Shown here in pieces: positions 28,860 through 42,160 of a DNA stretch of 64,000 bases. Origin of the DNA: Eledone cirrhosa (Eukaryota); NCBI GenBank assembly GCA_964016885.1, contig OZ024752.1, forward strand, positions 2,294,001 through 2,358,000, read 5' to 3'. The position numbers and the translations under genes are program-made. Position 1 is the stretch's first letter; every line of letters starts with the position of its first letter. The notes beneath the pieces were generated by a model, which ran no database searches, was not told where the DNA came from, and worked only from the letters and a program-made list of their open reading frames with translations.

Positions 28860-29020
28860 CTAAGGCAATTTTTACGAAGCACAAATCCCAGGGATTTGAT
28901 GGTCTGCTTTATGAGATTAAGGTGAACATGCCAAATTTGTTCTCTGATCTCCTGGAAGCCGTCTACCGCAATGGACAACAAAACGGGAGAATTCCTATTT
29001 CTGTCAGCCGTGGCGTAGTA
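28860..29020 (+). mobile_element. L1/Tx1 reverse transcriptase N-terminal fragment
   Basis: Translates as KSQGFDGLLYE...PNLFSDLLEAVYRNGQQNGRIPISVSRGVV, resembling the KSPGxDG motif. Confidence 0.6.
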
Positions 29021-30714
29021 TGTGGGTGAAATAGATTTCGAACAAATTAAAAAGTAATTAAGTACTATATTAACAACTAAATTAACTGATTAATATTCTT
29101 TTTGAATAGAAATGTATGCAATATATAAATATGTCTAAATTAATTTTCGAATATTAACGATATACCACCACATAAAATCAAATGAGATATATTTAATTTA
29201 ATTTAATTTGATTATTTGATTAGTAAATAGTTTTGTTAATAAATACATAAATAATTGCTGAATTTATGTCAACATAATTGTTGATTCACGTCTATCTATG
29301 CTTCGAAAGCCTTTTCCCGTGTGTTTTTATTCGTGTAGCCAAAATATCCGTATGATTTGTGGATCTTTAATAAGAATATATTTACAATCAATTACTACTT
29401 GATTAAATTATTCTTTCTGTAAAATAAAAATATTCATCCACTGTCCTACAAAGGGAATGTATTTAAAGATGTTCAATCCCATAAACACTTAGACAAAATA
29501 GAAATACAAACAAGGCCAAAAATGATACTTAAGTTAAACGATCAGTTATCTATTTAGAACTTTCAATTATTAAACAAAATGTATTGTTTATGAAATAATA
29601 CTAAATACGGACATACCTGGAAATACAAATAAAAACTAGCTACACATACACAGAAATACATACATAAACACAATTCTTGGACATTTGAATATTAGGAATT
29701 GCCTCAAAGACCATACAGAGTTCCCTTCAATATTGAACATACGAATATCACTTATGCATCGGCATGCTCCATATTCACTAAACCATCACGCTCATGTTCG
29801 GCACGAAGGTTTTGTATCCCCATTGGCATACATTTCGAGATACGGGCTTCATTCTATCTATGGAGTAATATAAAATAAATCTTTAAAAATGTATGACTTC
29901 AACACACTCTAGAAAAAATATGTGCTTCAGGTAGCCCTATTAATTGTCTTTCAGGTATGCGCTAGTTATAATATATAATTGACAAATATTCATAATAGTT
30001 TAAGCATTTAGCTATTCAGGCAAATTTGGGGCGTCTATATCCAATTTAATGAATGTGACTTAGTAAAATATATGATGAAGAAATATAAATAAATGCTCTT
30101 GAACTCAGAACTGAGAAATATTAACAATATTCTGTCTGTTATATATATACTTCTCACTAATCATTATAATTTACTTTACTGTAGTTATCCAAACTGAATT
30201 CTCATGAAAACAGGAATTTATCACACTCCACAGATATCCAAATATATAATGCCAGGAGCCATAATAAATATGCAAGCTGTAAGTATCGTGCATAAGATAA
30301 CTATTAAAATCCTCTGAATTCCCGAAGGGCTGAATGACATTACAAGCTACTCATCCCTGAAGCAATTGGGTGATAAATATCGATTTCTTCATAGTAGAAT
30401 GCATATAATTCATTGCAGTGAAGTAACGTAACTATTTGGGCTGGATACCTAAGTGTGTGGCATGAGAAGTATAACGTGGAATGGAAAATGCGATGCTTGT
30501 AGCCTATACAGTTATTTTGTATGTATGATATTCTAGATTTAGAAAGAAATGAGATATTTCCACGTAGAGAAATCGATTTAAAATTACTTCAAATATAAGA
30601 GTATTAACTAATGAGGAGAACATTTGTCGTTAGTCTACGATAAACGGTGGGTGTTTATAATACGTTATAGTATGTAAGGGAGATACATATATATGGTTTG
30701 GTGCGTATATATAT

Positions 30715-30892
30715 AATTGTTTCTACTTTAGGGATAAGGCCAGCAATTATCCAGTACAATACTGGTACTTTATTTTATCGACCCCGTAAAGATGAGAGGC
30801 AAAGTTAAGCTCGGCGGGATTTGAACCCAGACTGTAAAGGGACGTAACTATGTTAGAAAGCAGGGCGTCAAACGCTCTACCGATACTGCCAA
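30715..30892 (-). mobile_element. tRNA-SINE
   Basis: A and B boxes present; homologous to 5951-6130. Confidence 0.85.
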
Positions 30893-30904
30893 TTCAATGT
30901 ATAA

Positions 30905-32170
30905 TGTTTCCTTAATGCTGACTTGTTGATTTATGTCGAACACCTGCTGTCGCGTGTAGGACGGATTCGGCTAGCGGATTTTGGTTTGGACCGGACCTCC
31001 AGATTGACAAAACTGGGAGGAGGTAACATTCAAGGTTGCTTCTCTCACCCAGAAATGAGCCGGGAGGAAACTATCTTTGACAGACCGGGAAGAGATGGAG
31101 TGTCTGTCATATATCGCCTGACCACCGTGCCTTGACCGATGACTCACCTGACTTGCACTGGAGTGCCTGCTCTTTCTGTGGAATGAATGCGCTCCAATGC
31201 CCAGGGGGTCCATCTGCTGTCAACACCTGCTACGTGGCGGGTTCGACATGCCGTGGCTTATGATACACAAACATGCACTGAGGCTGCGACATCTCCATCT
31301 CTTCCAAGACAGACGTGGTCGGTGTTTGTTAAACACGTTTTTCACCAACTCGTCTCCTTGACAGAGCTGCAGTTCTGGGTCAAGTGAAGAACGAGAGGAA
31401 GCGCTTGGCGACTGGAATGTCTTCAGGCGCTCACAGCCCTCGACCAATCTGGAATTGCGATCGGTGGAATCTCCACCTTGCGTTATATAGAGGGTTAGTG
31501 GAGGGAACGTGCGACGACGTCCTTGGGGAGATTCTGGGCGTCGATGAAAATCAACTAGCCAATCTATTCAGGAGAACATTTGGCCCATACATCCCTGACC
31601 TGGCAGTGCTGCCGAGGAGATTTGCCAGTTCCGGGTAAATTCTACAGGCATTGAAGTGCCGTCAATCGGGCCTCTCCGTTATGGGCGCAGGGCAATGAAC
31701 CAGTTCTGCATGCACTCGTCGAGTGTCCGAATTTTGCTGATCTGTGTGTATATGTCTAGCACCTGCTGTCACGTGTAGGACGGATCCAGCTATCGACTTA
31801 GTCCATTGTGAAGATTGCTCCATCGTCATCCTTTACAGGGGAATGACAGGCAGTTTATACCTGCCTGGTGGCCAAGGGGCAAGAGGTCGTGTGCTGGACG
31901 CGTTTCAAAAGTTTGAAGACGGCAATCTTCGTCTTTGTCGAAGCCCTGATTAACTATTTCAAATTTCACTTCAAGAGCATAATCAGAGTGGAGAAGGAAG
32001 TGTTGCCTTCCAACCAGTTCGTTGAAATATAGATGACTGTGGCGAGCATGGCATGTGTGAATGGGCCTGCCTTGAGCATATGCCTGTAGATTGGAGTAGA
32101 AAGACTGGGAGAGATCACTTTGCCCTGGCGAACAGGATGACCGTAGCTTTTGTGGGACTTTTACACGGGT
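30905..32170 (+). mobile_element. Decayed, rearranged Tx1/L1-like ORF2 3' region
   Basis: Motifs FWFGPDLQIDK, IYRLTTVP, SICCQHLLRGGFDMPWL..HALRLRHL and LYRGLVEG. A ~26-bp block recurs at 30941 and 31760. Confidence 0.55.
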
Positions 32171-32184
32171 GACTCTTAGAGACT

Positions 32185-32349
32185 CCGTTTCGACAGCCAG
32201 ATCCGATCTGACTTGGCATCTAGCAGTCGAAACGGCCGGAGATGAGCCGTCGGGGTCCTGAATCTGTTCATAATACCCACTCTACTAACCGAAGTATCAA
32301 GTACTCAGGTGGTCTATCGTTTAGCTCGGTTTTACCACACCCTATCTGA
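32185..32349 (+). mobile_element. Short fold-back module, same family as 49244-49450
   Basis: CCGTTTCGAC...GTCGAAACGG hairpin, then AGCCGTCGGGGTCCT and tail CCCACTCTACTA...TTACCACA. Confidence 0.65.
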
Positions 32350-32374
32350 TATATATATATATATATATATATAC

Positions 32375-33803
32375 AGTTGTGTACGTTGGGTTTTCTCTGG
32401 AGTAGTATTGCGGACGAACTTAGGTGTGGTTTATTTATGTTCTGTAGTGTATTGTCTACTGTTTTTTTTGTGTTCTTTGTACTTAAGTTTTTAGTGTTTT
32501 CGTTTAACCTTCTAGTATTGATCTTTTTTATGCGTTGTTCAAGGTTTAACGCTGTAGAGTATGACAGTCTCTATAATTAAATCTATCCCTAAAAATATTT
32601 CCCTTAGAATCTCGGGTCCATCTTCTAACATACAAGTATTGAACGAACACGCCGAATACTACGATAACGCCCTTAGTAAAGCAGGCCACCTCAACAAAAT
32701 AGAGTATATAGATGGGAACAATCAAAACACCCAAAATAAATCCCACATAGGTAGATATAATAACACAACACCAAACCACACTTACTACCATAGTATGCAC
32801 ACCAGTAAACCAACAAACAAAACTAATAGAAAGCGATGCAAAGAGTACTTATGGTATAACCCCGAATACAATAGTTCCATTAGTACAAATTTACCAGTAC
32901 TCTTCTTTAAAATAATTAAGAGACATTTTCCTACATCACACAAATACCACAAAATCCTAAACCCTACCACTATAAGACTGTCATACTCTACAGCGTTAAA
33001 CCTTGAACAACACATAAAAAAGATCAATACTAGAAGGTTAAACGAAAACACTAAAAACTTAAGTACAAAGAACACAAAAAAAAACAGTAGACAATACACT
33101 ACAGAACATAAATAAACCACACCCTCGGCAATAACTGCCTGGAAAAAAATATTATTTATAAGTGTACCATTAAATCCGGAGGCAACGAGTGGTATTACGT
33201 GGGATCAACGGCAACATCGTTTAAATCTCGATTATATAGGCATTCTTACTCAATAAAACACCAGAGCCAAAGAAATGTAACAACTTTAGCAGAAAAAGCT
33301 TGGACGCTCAGGGATAGCGATCAAAAGTTTACCCTAAAATGGGAGAAATTAGCTAAAACCCAAAGCTTTTCCAGGAGCCAAAATTTCTGCAAATTGTGCA
33401 ATCTTGAGATTTATTACATAATCACACATAAGAAGAAATTGCTGAATAACAGAATTGAACGAACATTATTTTGCCGTCACCGAACTAAAACCCTTTTTTC
33501 CCACTACAAGCCGAATATTACATAAAAGAGGGACATCCCTCCAACTATATAAACCTCAATCTAGTTAGAAAAATATAAAAACAATTTCTTCTCAACATAT
33601 ATATGTATACTAATAACCTCAAATTACCACACTAATAATGGAAAGATATGCTGATGAGAATAGGTGCAAAAATGCGATAATGAATGTGTCTAAAAGCGAC
33701 CATAAGTATGTATATATATGTGAAAATGTATATAAATAAGTAAATATATATATATGTTTGATGTGTATAGTTAGATGTAAGTGTATTCATGTATTAAAGT
33801 GCT

Positions 33804-33834
<31 letters not shown>

Positions 33835-34530
33835 TGTATATACACATAGACTAGAGTATGTATGTTTATATGCGTGTGTCTATACGTGTGTATATAAAGA
33901 TAAGTTGAGTATGAAAATGTACACACATGAACGCGTATGTATGTCCATGAATACATGTGTGTATATACATATGTATGCATGTGTATATGTATGTAAGTAT
34001 GAACATGTTACTATGTGAATGTGAGTATATGTATTTTGTAGAGGGGTGCAAATATGTTTGTGTGAGAATGCGTGGGTGAAAGGATACGTACACTGGAAAG
34101 AAAAAAAAAAAAAAAAATTTAAGTCTGAATGTTAATTAAGTGCAAACACAAAACCAACCACGCATATCTTTACTATCTCTAATCCCTCTCCCTCTATAGA
34201 TCTAGAAAAATAACCAATAATATATTCTATAAAAATGTCAAAACAACAGATGGGAATCTAATTACTCACTGCCACCAAAAATTCTCACTGCTATCAAAAA
34301 ACCATTCCCTCAACTATTCTTCTAACAACTTCACCCGTCTCTCCTAATATTCTCTATAAAAACCAAACAGGTCCTCAGTAATATTATTCTGATGAAATGA
34401 CAGTAAATAATAACATTGAAATATTGATTGTCTGCATAACTAATACTTTGTGGATAGCAGCTGTTTTCAGGTTATGTAACTGTTATAGAAACACGTGTCA
34501 ATAAATTCCTTTCAACTAAACTGTATCCAT
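32375..34530 (+). mobile_element. 5'-truncated Naiad-type Penelope-like element with 5' inverted segment
   Basis: SIPKNISLRIS..RKRCKEYLWYNPEY..HFPTSHKYHKILN..RLSYS linker. GIY-YIG region IIYKC..YYVGST..FKSRLYRH..CKLCNLE..LLN..CRH (33124-33525). HHR at 34384-34504. Confidence 0.85.
34384..34504 (+). ncRNA. Type I hammerhead ribozyme with a ~90-nt stem II domain
   Basis: TTATT-CTGATGA-AATGACAGT...ACTGTTATA-GAAA-CACGTG-TC-AATAA. Confidence 0.8.
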
Positions 34531-34535
34531 TCAAA

Positions 34536-34589
<54 letters not shown>

Positions 34590-37569
34590 CATGTGTGTGT
34601 GTGTTTGTTTGTCTTTGTGTGTATGTGTGCGTTTGTGTGTGTATTTCGTGCATGTATGAATAACTGTAATTTAGGCAGATGATAATTTGTTTATTACAGA
34701 TTTCACTTCCCTAGCAGTTGATAAGACAATGCATAGAGGATCAGTTCATATGAGTAAGAATGCCGTTTTCCTGAATGATCCATGGTTGAGACGCACCATT
34801 CCAAATTATGTTGTCGTTCTTGCAGATACAACTATGCTGAAAATAGGCTTTCAATTGAAATGTGAGTGTAAAAATCCATCACTTATTTTGAGTACCAATT
34901 TAAGAATGTCAGTTGATTTTCAAGTCATATGATTATAGCAAGATTATTCGAGGCTAATTTAAATGATGAGTGCTTTATGGTGATGATAGTGAAATTGTAA
35001 ATGACATAGGCTTTTTGTCGATTTTATTGGCAGATTCAATATTTGAAACTTTTCAGTTCAGCATATGTAATTAACATCCCTATAACTGTATGTTGATATT
35101 TCTGTTTATAATATTCAATATTAGGGGAATATATTTACATTCACGCTCAGATTTTATCATCATATCACAATGTGATAAATATAAGAAGGGACTTTCGTCT
35201 ATCGAGCTTTATCAAGGTCTTATATTGGTAAACACATATTTAACTGTGAACACCATAAACTACCCCGCATGTGTCTATATTTTCTGCATATAATAAGAAA
35301 GATTTCATGCGTAAATGAGGGGGAATGTGTTTTAGATTATGTAGTGATATTTAGGAAGGAATAACATCTGGGGAAATATAGTTAAACATTTACAGTAGCG
35401 TTTCGTAATTGGGAATATGTTATGGCCATGAAGGTCCATATCATACCACGACCTATATTTATTTTGAAAATTATGAAACACATGATGTACAGTTTCATGT
35501 GTGTTCTGTTGTGTGTAAATGTCGCCCTTGAGTATTAAGTTGCATGTTGTAGTAGTTTTATATTGGTATGGATTCACTTCCATAAAATCAGTAAATTCAT
35601 ACAATTATAAACTACTACAACATATATGCAAACTGACCTGAAGACCAACAAAAGCAAACCGATCCGAGCAAGGAACATGAAGGAAATAAGAAAACAGTTT
35701 CTATATTTAAGGAAAATATAATAAATCAAAGAAGGTTCTATACTGAAAAAAAAACCTTTTGATAGTCTTTTCCAATCGTATTTAAATCTTGATCGCCATT
35801 CTTTCCATTAACTCCTTTCCATAACATATCATTAGCAAAATGTGCACTGGAGTCTCCAATTAAGGCTATACGACTCAGTCTTAACAACAGTTAACACTAT
35901 AGTGACTTACTTCATGGAAGAAATATCTGCATATGGTCACTTTGTTTGTCACAAAACTTGCACCTCACACAGGGACATTTCTGTCAGTCTAAATTGGTGT
36001 TTTCAGTCTAAATTGGTGTTTCCATCCTCCATCCTAACCGGGGGCATGGATCTTTTGAGGAATCATCGACTTGATCTACGTAGTATCATAATACCTTTTC
36101 ACTAGTGTCTGCTCAGTTGCTGTAAGGTTTGTAATGTCCATGTAACCAAGTGTCAATGTGTAGTCCTCTTCCTGAGCCTTTGTGGTTCTCGTAATACGTA
36201 GCTTGTTTGGCTCCATCCCACACTTCTCAGGACATGTCGTAGGTAACACTGTTGTATTTTTGTTAACCTGTTATTTGTGAGATATTTGATAGTAGTATCA
36301 AACATGTCGATTAATGTGTAGATAATAGTTCATTGACATAGTTGCTTTCAACTCCGCCCTGGATGTCGACGTTGTTATATAGAAATATCCATTGAAAGTT
36401 TAATAACAAAGAATGAATGAGAGATTAGGAGAGAGATAAAATTATAGAAACGGTGAGGAGACAGAGAGAAAGAATAGTGAGTAGATAGGTTAGAGACATG
36501 AACATTCTGAAAATATAAAGTTGATATAAACTGCCATCAAATTAAATATGAATCTCGAATGCATAGAAAATTTAGGTTTGCACTGTAGGTTAACTTTAAA
36601 GTATTGACAATTGTTTTTCTTATTTTATTTTGTAAGCTATTTCAGATGAAAATCATATTATTGTCGATTTAGCACAAAGTGTAATAGGATAGTGATATCT
36701 TTGAATGTATAACAGAATGTATAGATTGCAGAAAATTTGACTGAATAATATATATTTTGAAATTATGATTACTTGCATTGCTTGAAAATCTGAAGTTATA
36801 TTTAATTGTTATTATTTACGAAAAGAGTAGATAGCAGTAATAATGCTGATAGCATTCTTCCATAAATCTATACGTATGTGTTTGCCAGTATTTATATATG
36901 TATATATGCATGTTCAATGGAATATGTGTATGTATGTAGTTCGTTGATAGCAGATTTTACCCTCTTGAACACACAAATGGGTTATGGCATTTGTTCGGAT
37001 TTATGCTATTGTGTGAGAAAAACAAATAAGTAATTTAATATTAACGTGGTACCATCTAGAAACGTCTCCGTATATCTGTTGACACATAATATGTTCGCTA
37101 TATTTAAGTGCTAATTAATGTAAAGTGATGCGAGTTGCTTGTGAACTGTTGTTCCAATGTGAAATGATATAAATATTTAAGACGATGCTCGTTCAGATAT
37201 TTGTCTATCAGACACCCCTATCATTGTATTTATTACATCATCGCTGCCTATATTATGAGAATCTTATATATTAAATTCGCACATGAATAAAAGAATGGCT
37301 TGGCTATTATTTCTTGTGGGTTAAATGAATTTAATTTCTTAGTTAGTTTACAACTATTTTTTGTTCAACACGTTGTGTGAATTTACTGGAGCATTTGCAT
37401 ATATTAGATGATTCAGTAGATTTGTGGTTTAATGAGCAGGTTACGCATATTAGCACTCAATACTTTACCAGAATGTGTATATTAAGAACAAAAGCATGTT
37501 TCAAATTTAAGCTTTTTTTGATAAGGCTTAGTTTCGAACGTTGTTAATGAACCCAGAACATTTCATAAC

Positions 37570-40275
37570 TGGAAGTATCGCCGTTGACAAACATGGACCA
37601 GAGAGGAATACAAAGCAGTGACGGCTGCGTACTACACTGCCATCCTGTTTCCGAGAGAGAACTCGTCAATGCAAGAAACTTATTGTATCTGGGGTAATTC
37701 CAAACCTAACTCTAGAGAATATATGGATATGAATAATTTAGCTAATGTGAGAAGAGACATTATGAGGTACAAAAGACTCACTGAATCAGAACTGCAAACC
37801 ATCAAAGAAGAAACGGAGACCTGCATACAACAGAAGCAGCAGACAATGAGAGTATTACTGAAAGTCTCACAGATGAGAACCTGGCTGAACATGGAACACG
37901 TAGGTGATGCTACTGTTTGGACAATGAAGGAATATATTCTGCGTTAGTGGGAGATTCTGAAAATGAAGGCCTTGATAGATCGGACAAAACTCCAGAAAGT
38001 ACCCAAAGTCATGCATCAGCTAAAGAAGAAGATTAGCCTAGCTATCAAAGCACTAGAAGTAATCAGAGGCGAACACGGAAAACCACACACTTTATGAGAT
38101 TAATGAGCTGCTATACGCTACTGCAACCGTGATTACTGGCAAGCTGCGTCCCAAAATGCGAACAGGGAAAATAAACAAAGGGAATACAGAAATGACAGAC
38201 AGAGATGGAGAACAAAATTACAGAATTGAGGGGAGATGTTGCTCTCGTATCAGAAATAGATAAGGGAACTGGCATCATACCAAAAAGCTTTCTAGGCTGA
38301 AGAAGTAATACAAAGCCAACCGGACAGCATACTGGAAATAAATTGCTGAATGCATCAAGCAATAGATACAGACAAATGCGCAGAGACTAAGAAGATGCAA
38401 AAAAAGAGCCATGTCTTTAAACAAAACAAAATCTTTGCCGAAGATGCCGACATATTTTACAGACAGTTAGGTAAGAAACATATTGAAATAAGGCAACCAC
38501 CTCAGCTTGATGAGGTTGAACACTTTGGGGCAAATATCTGGTAAAATTCTAAAGTCCAGAACTCCAATGCCACATGGCTGGAAAAATTGGAAATCCCTGC
38601 TTGGACCCAGGAATGGAATGAGATCACCTCATAATAAATAAAAACAGCAATCATCAATGTAGGAAACTGGGAATCACGGGGTAGATATGGCGTGCAGAAT
38701 GTTTTGGGTGAAACATCTGGCTACTGAATTCCCAAGGATTGTAGAAAACCCAAGAGAGGTCCCAAAGTGGATGACAACTGGAATAACATACTTCTACCGA
38801 AGAATGAATGCACAAAAAATCCCAAAAGCTACATACCAATTACATGCTTCCCAACTATTTATAAAGCCGTCATATCAGTGATTACTAACAGCTCTACAAT
38901 TACCTCGTCTGTAGAGATATATTGCCACCTGAACAACAAAACTGTCACCGAGGGAGTTATGTATGCAAAAATTAGCTAATGATAAATAGACTCATAACGG
39001 AAAACTGCAAAGAAGGAAAAACCTATCAACCACTTGGATAAACTACAAAAAGGCATTTGACATATGATTCATGGATCATAAAACACTAGAACTATATCAC
39101 ATACCACCGGAGATAACTTTCCTGGAGGCAATGGTGAGAGACTGGAAAACTACGATGGTCCTTCAAAACCACAACGGATCACTGGAAACTAGACAGATCA
39201 AGATTAATCGTGAACTATTCCAAGGCGACTCATTGTCCCTTTTGCTGGTCTATGTGTCACATGCTCCGTTAAGTCAGTTACTGCAGACAGAACAGTCACC
39301 TTCTTCATGGGGATGATATCAAGCTATTTGGAAACAATGATGGGCAGCTGGAAGGTTTACTGCACACAGTGAAAAAATCCATTGATGACATCCATATGGA
39401 ATTTGGACTGAACAAGTGTGCAAAAGCCACATTCAAGAGAGGCTTGTTCTTTAACCATAAATATATTGTCATTTACCAACAAGCTACCATAAAGGAACTT
39501 AACAATGATGAGTTCTACAAATATCTTGGAGTAAATGAAGTAGATAGAATCCAGGATGCAAGTATGAAGGAAAATATATTGAAGGAGTACATAATTAGAG
39601 AGAGACTGGTAAAAAAGGGTTAGCTAAACACCTGCAACAAGTTCAAAGCCATTAACTGTCTAACAGTACCAGTTGTAATATACAACTTTAACATCATAGA
39701 CAGGAACCTACAAGAAGTACAATGGTTGGACACTAAGACATGGAAACTATTGACAACGGGAACAATTGCACCACCCTAAAGTCGATGTACATAGGCTGTA
39801 TATCTCAGGGAGTGAAGGTGGAAGGGACTCCGACAACAGGAAGCTGCATACAAAACAGAAACCATTGGATTTGATGGCTACCTCCAGCACACTCGAGATG
39901 AACTCCTTATGCCTGTAGTCAAGCATGAACGAACTAAGAAGCTATACTCAATAACAAAAGAGGCAACATAAGCAAAATCTGAACTTGGAAGACGACAAAC
40001 CCGTAGAAAATCAATGGCAGGGTACTGCGCAGCTAGCTATGACTGCGAATATCAAAGCAAATAAAAAACTCTTAACAGAGGAACTAAACCGTGAATGGAA
40101 GGTAAAACTACTACATGGTAGATTCACAGAAATACTTTCTGACAATTATATCGATCAGTATGGCTCTCTATCCTGGCTCAGAAGTGCTGGTTTGAAAGCA
40201 GATATCGAGGGTCTCTTAGTGGCTGTACAAGACCAATCTCTAATCTCTCGGGTCTATAGATACAGAATAGTGTAA
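37570..40275 (+). mobile_element. Decayed R4/Dong-clade non-LTR retrotransposon (N-terminus plus RT; endonuclease end missing)
   Basis: Motifs WTREEYK..NNLANVRRDI, YIPITCFPTIYK, NYKKAFD, FQGDSLS, GDDIKLF, MEFGLNKCA and GLLVAVQDQSL. Confidence 0.85.
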
Positions 40276-40279
40276 GATG

Positions 40280-42160
40280 GGACGAATAATAAGGATATTG
40301 GACAAATCCCTCCGCCCAAAACTGACAGCCATGTTCAATGACAGCTTGGTGTTGGATGAAGTACTAGATTGGTTGACAAAATGTACCACAGTTCTGATAA
40401 TGAAAAACAGAATCAAGGGGAATGAGATTACCAAATAAAGGACTATTCACATGGCGGTCCGTAATGTGGAAACTGCTAACAAGCATTATGTTTGAGGATG
40501 TCTACTATCACCTCCTCATAAACAACTTATTGCCGGACGAACAGTAAGGATGCCAAAGGAAGTCACATGGTACAACAGACCAGCTACTTATTGACAAGAT
40601 GGTAATAAAGAATTGAAAGAGGACGCATACTGGTCTTGCTACAAGAAGGCATTCGACATGGTTATTCATTATTGGATTACCAAACGCCTAGAGATCTTCA
40701 AGGTGGTAGACAACATCAGATAGTTATTAAGTAAAAGTATGAAGTCTTGGGAAACAGAGCTAAAAGGTGGAGAATCCTTGGGAGGGGTGAAGATCAAGGG
40801 AGTTATCTTCCAAGGAGAAAGTGTGTTCCCTTTGTTATTGTCCTTACCTTCAAATCCTTGTCCCTTATATTGCAAAAAGTGAAAGCAAGATACAAGATTG
40901 GAAGAGCTTACCATCAAACACCTACTCTTCGTGGACGATCTAAAATTCTTTGCACCAAGCGAGAAGGAGGTGGATGTACTTGTTGATACTCTCCGTATTT
41001 TCAGTAATGATGTATGTATGGAATTTGGCGTTAATAAGTGTGGAGTCCTAGTGATGAGGAGGGGTGAATTGAACAGAAGCAATGGAATCCAGTTACCAAC
41101 GAATGAGATGATAAATGATATCGACACAGTAGAGGGATACATATATTTGGGTGTTCTGGATGCAGAAAGATCTGAATACATAAGGAGTGTAAGGAACATA
41201 CTAAAATCGCATCTAAATAGTAGGAATGTCATAAGTGCTGTAAATTCCCGAACTGTGTCTATTATTAGCTACAGTGCGGGAATTCTCAAATGAAATGTTA
41301 CTGAACAAAAGGAAATGGATGGAAATTCTAGGGAGTTAATGACTACCCATAGCATGTTCCAAAAGAGTAGTGGTGTTGATAGATTCTACTTAAAGAGATC
41401 TGAAGGTGGAAGAGGTATTATCAACGTAGAGGACTGTGATGAGATGGGAAAGAGCTGACTGCATAAATATGTATCTCAGAGCCGATGCATAACATTGTAC
41501 TGAAGGAGAAGTGGGGATAGGGGCTGTGGCTCACGTCGTATCCGAGTGTAGACTCACTATAAAGGCTGGAGGCACAATATATTAGGAAAGGTGATTCACT
41601 GGCATTTAAGCAAACGAAATAATTTACCATTTTATGTAAAGTGGTGTGAGTATAAGCCAGTAATGGCGATAGAAAACGATGAAGTGGAGGTGCTATGGGA
41701 TTTCAAGTTACAGACAGACAAGAAATTAGAACACAATAGGCCTGACCGGCTGGATCTTGACAAGGAAAAAGATCGTACATGATTGTAGATTTAGCCTACC
41801 CCTTTGCCACAAGAGTGCAAGAAAAGGAGGAGAAAATTAACTGATACCAGGATTTAAAGTGTGAATTAAAAGTCTTTGTGACCACCATAACTCGACCCGA
41901 TTGTCATAGGAGCACTAGGTACTCTATCGAAAAGATTTTAAGGATGTTTAAACAGCATTAGTCCAGCTCACCTTTGCGGAACACTTCAAAATGCATGCTT
42001 GCTGGGAACAGCAAGGACCCTCCGAAAGGTCCTGAATATCTGAGGCTGCAGATAGCGGTTTTATGTTCATTTGAACAAACATTCCAGTTAAATAACATCA
42101 ATGACTGAGACTCCAATAATAATAATAGTAATAATAATAATAATAATAGTAATAATAATA
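40280..42160 (+). mobile_element. Second, 5'-truncated R4/Dong-clade element (RT plus RLE) ending in (TAA)n
   Basis: Motifs DQLLIDK, YKKAFD, IFQGES, HLLFVDDLKFF, LWDFKLQTDKKLEHNRPD and PIVIGALG. (TAA)n at ~42115-42160. Confidence 0.85.

Noticed and set aside
33640-33720. CTGATGA and a possible SECIS downstream of the Naiad-type ORF
   Set aside because: No GAAA partner, no convincing SECIS stem, and no in-frame TGA at Cys positions seen.
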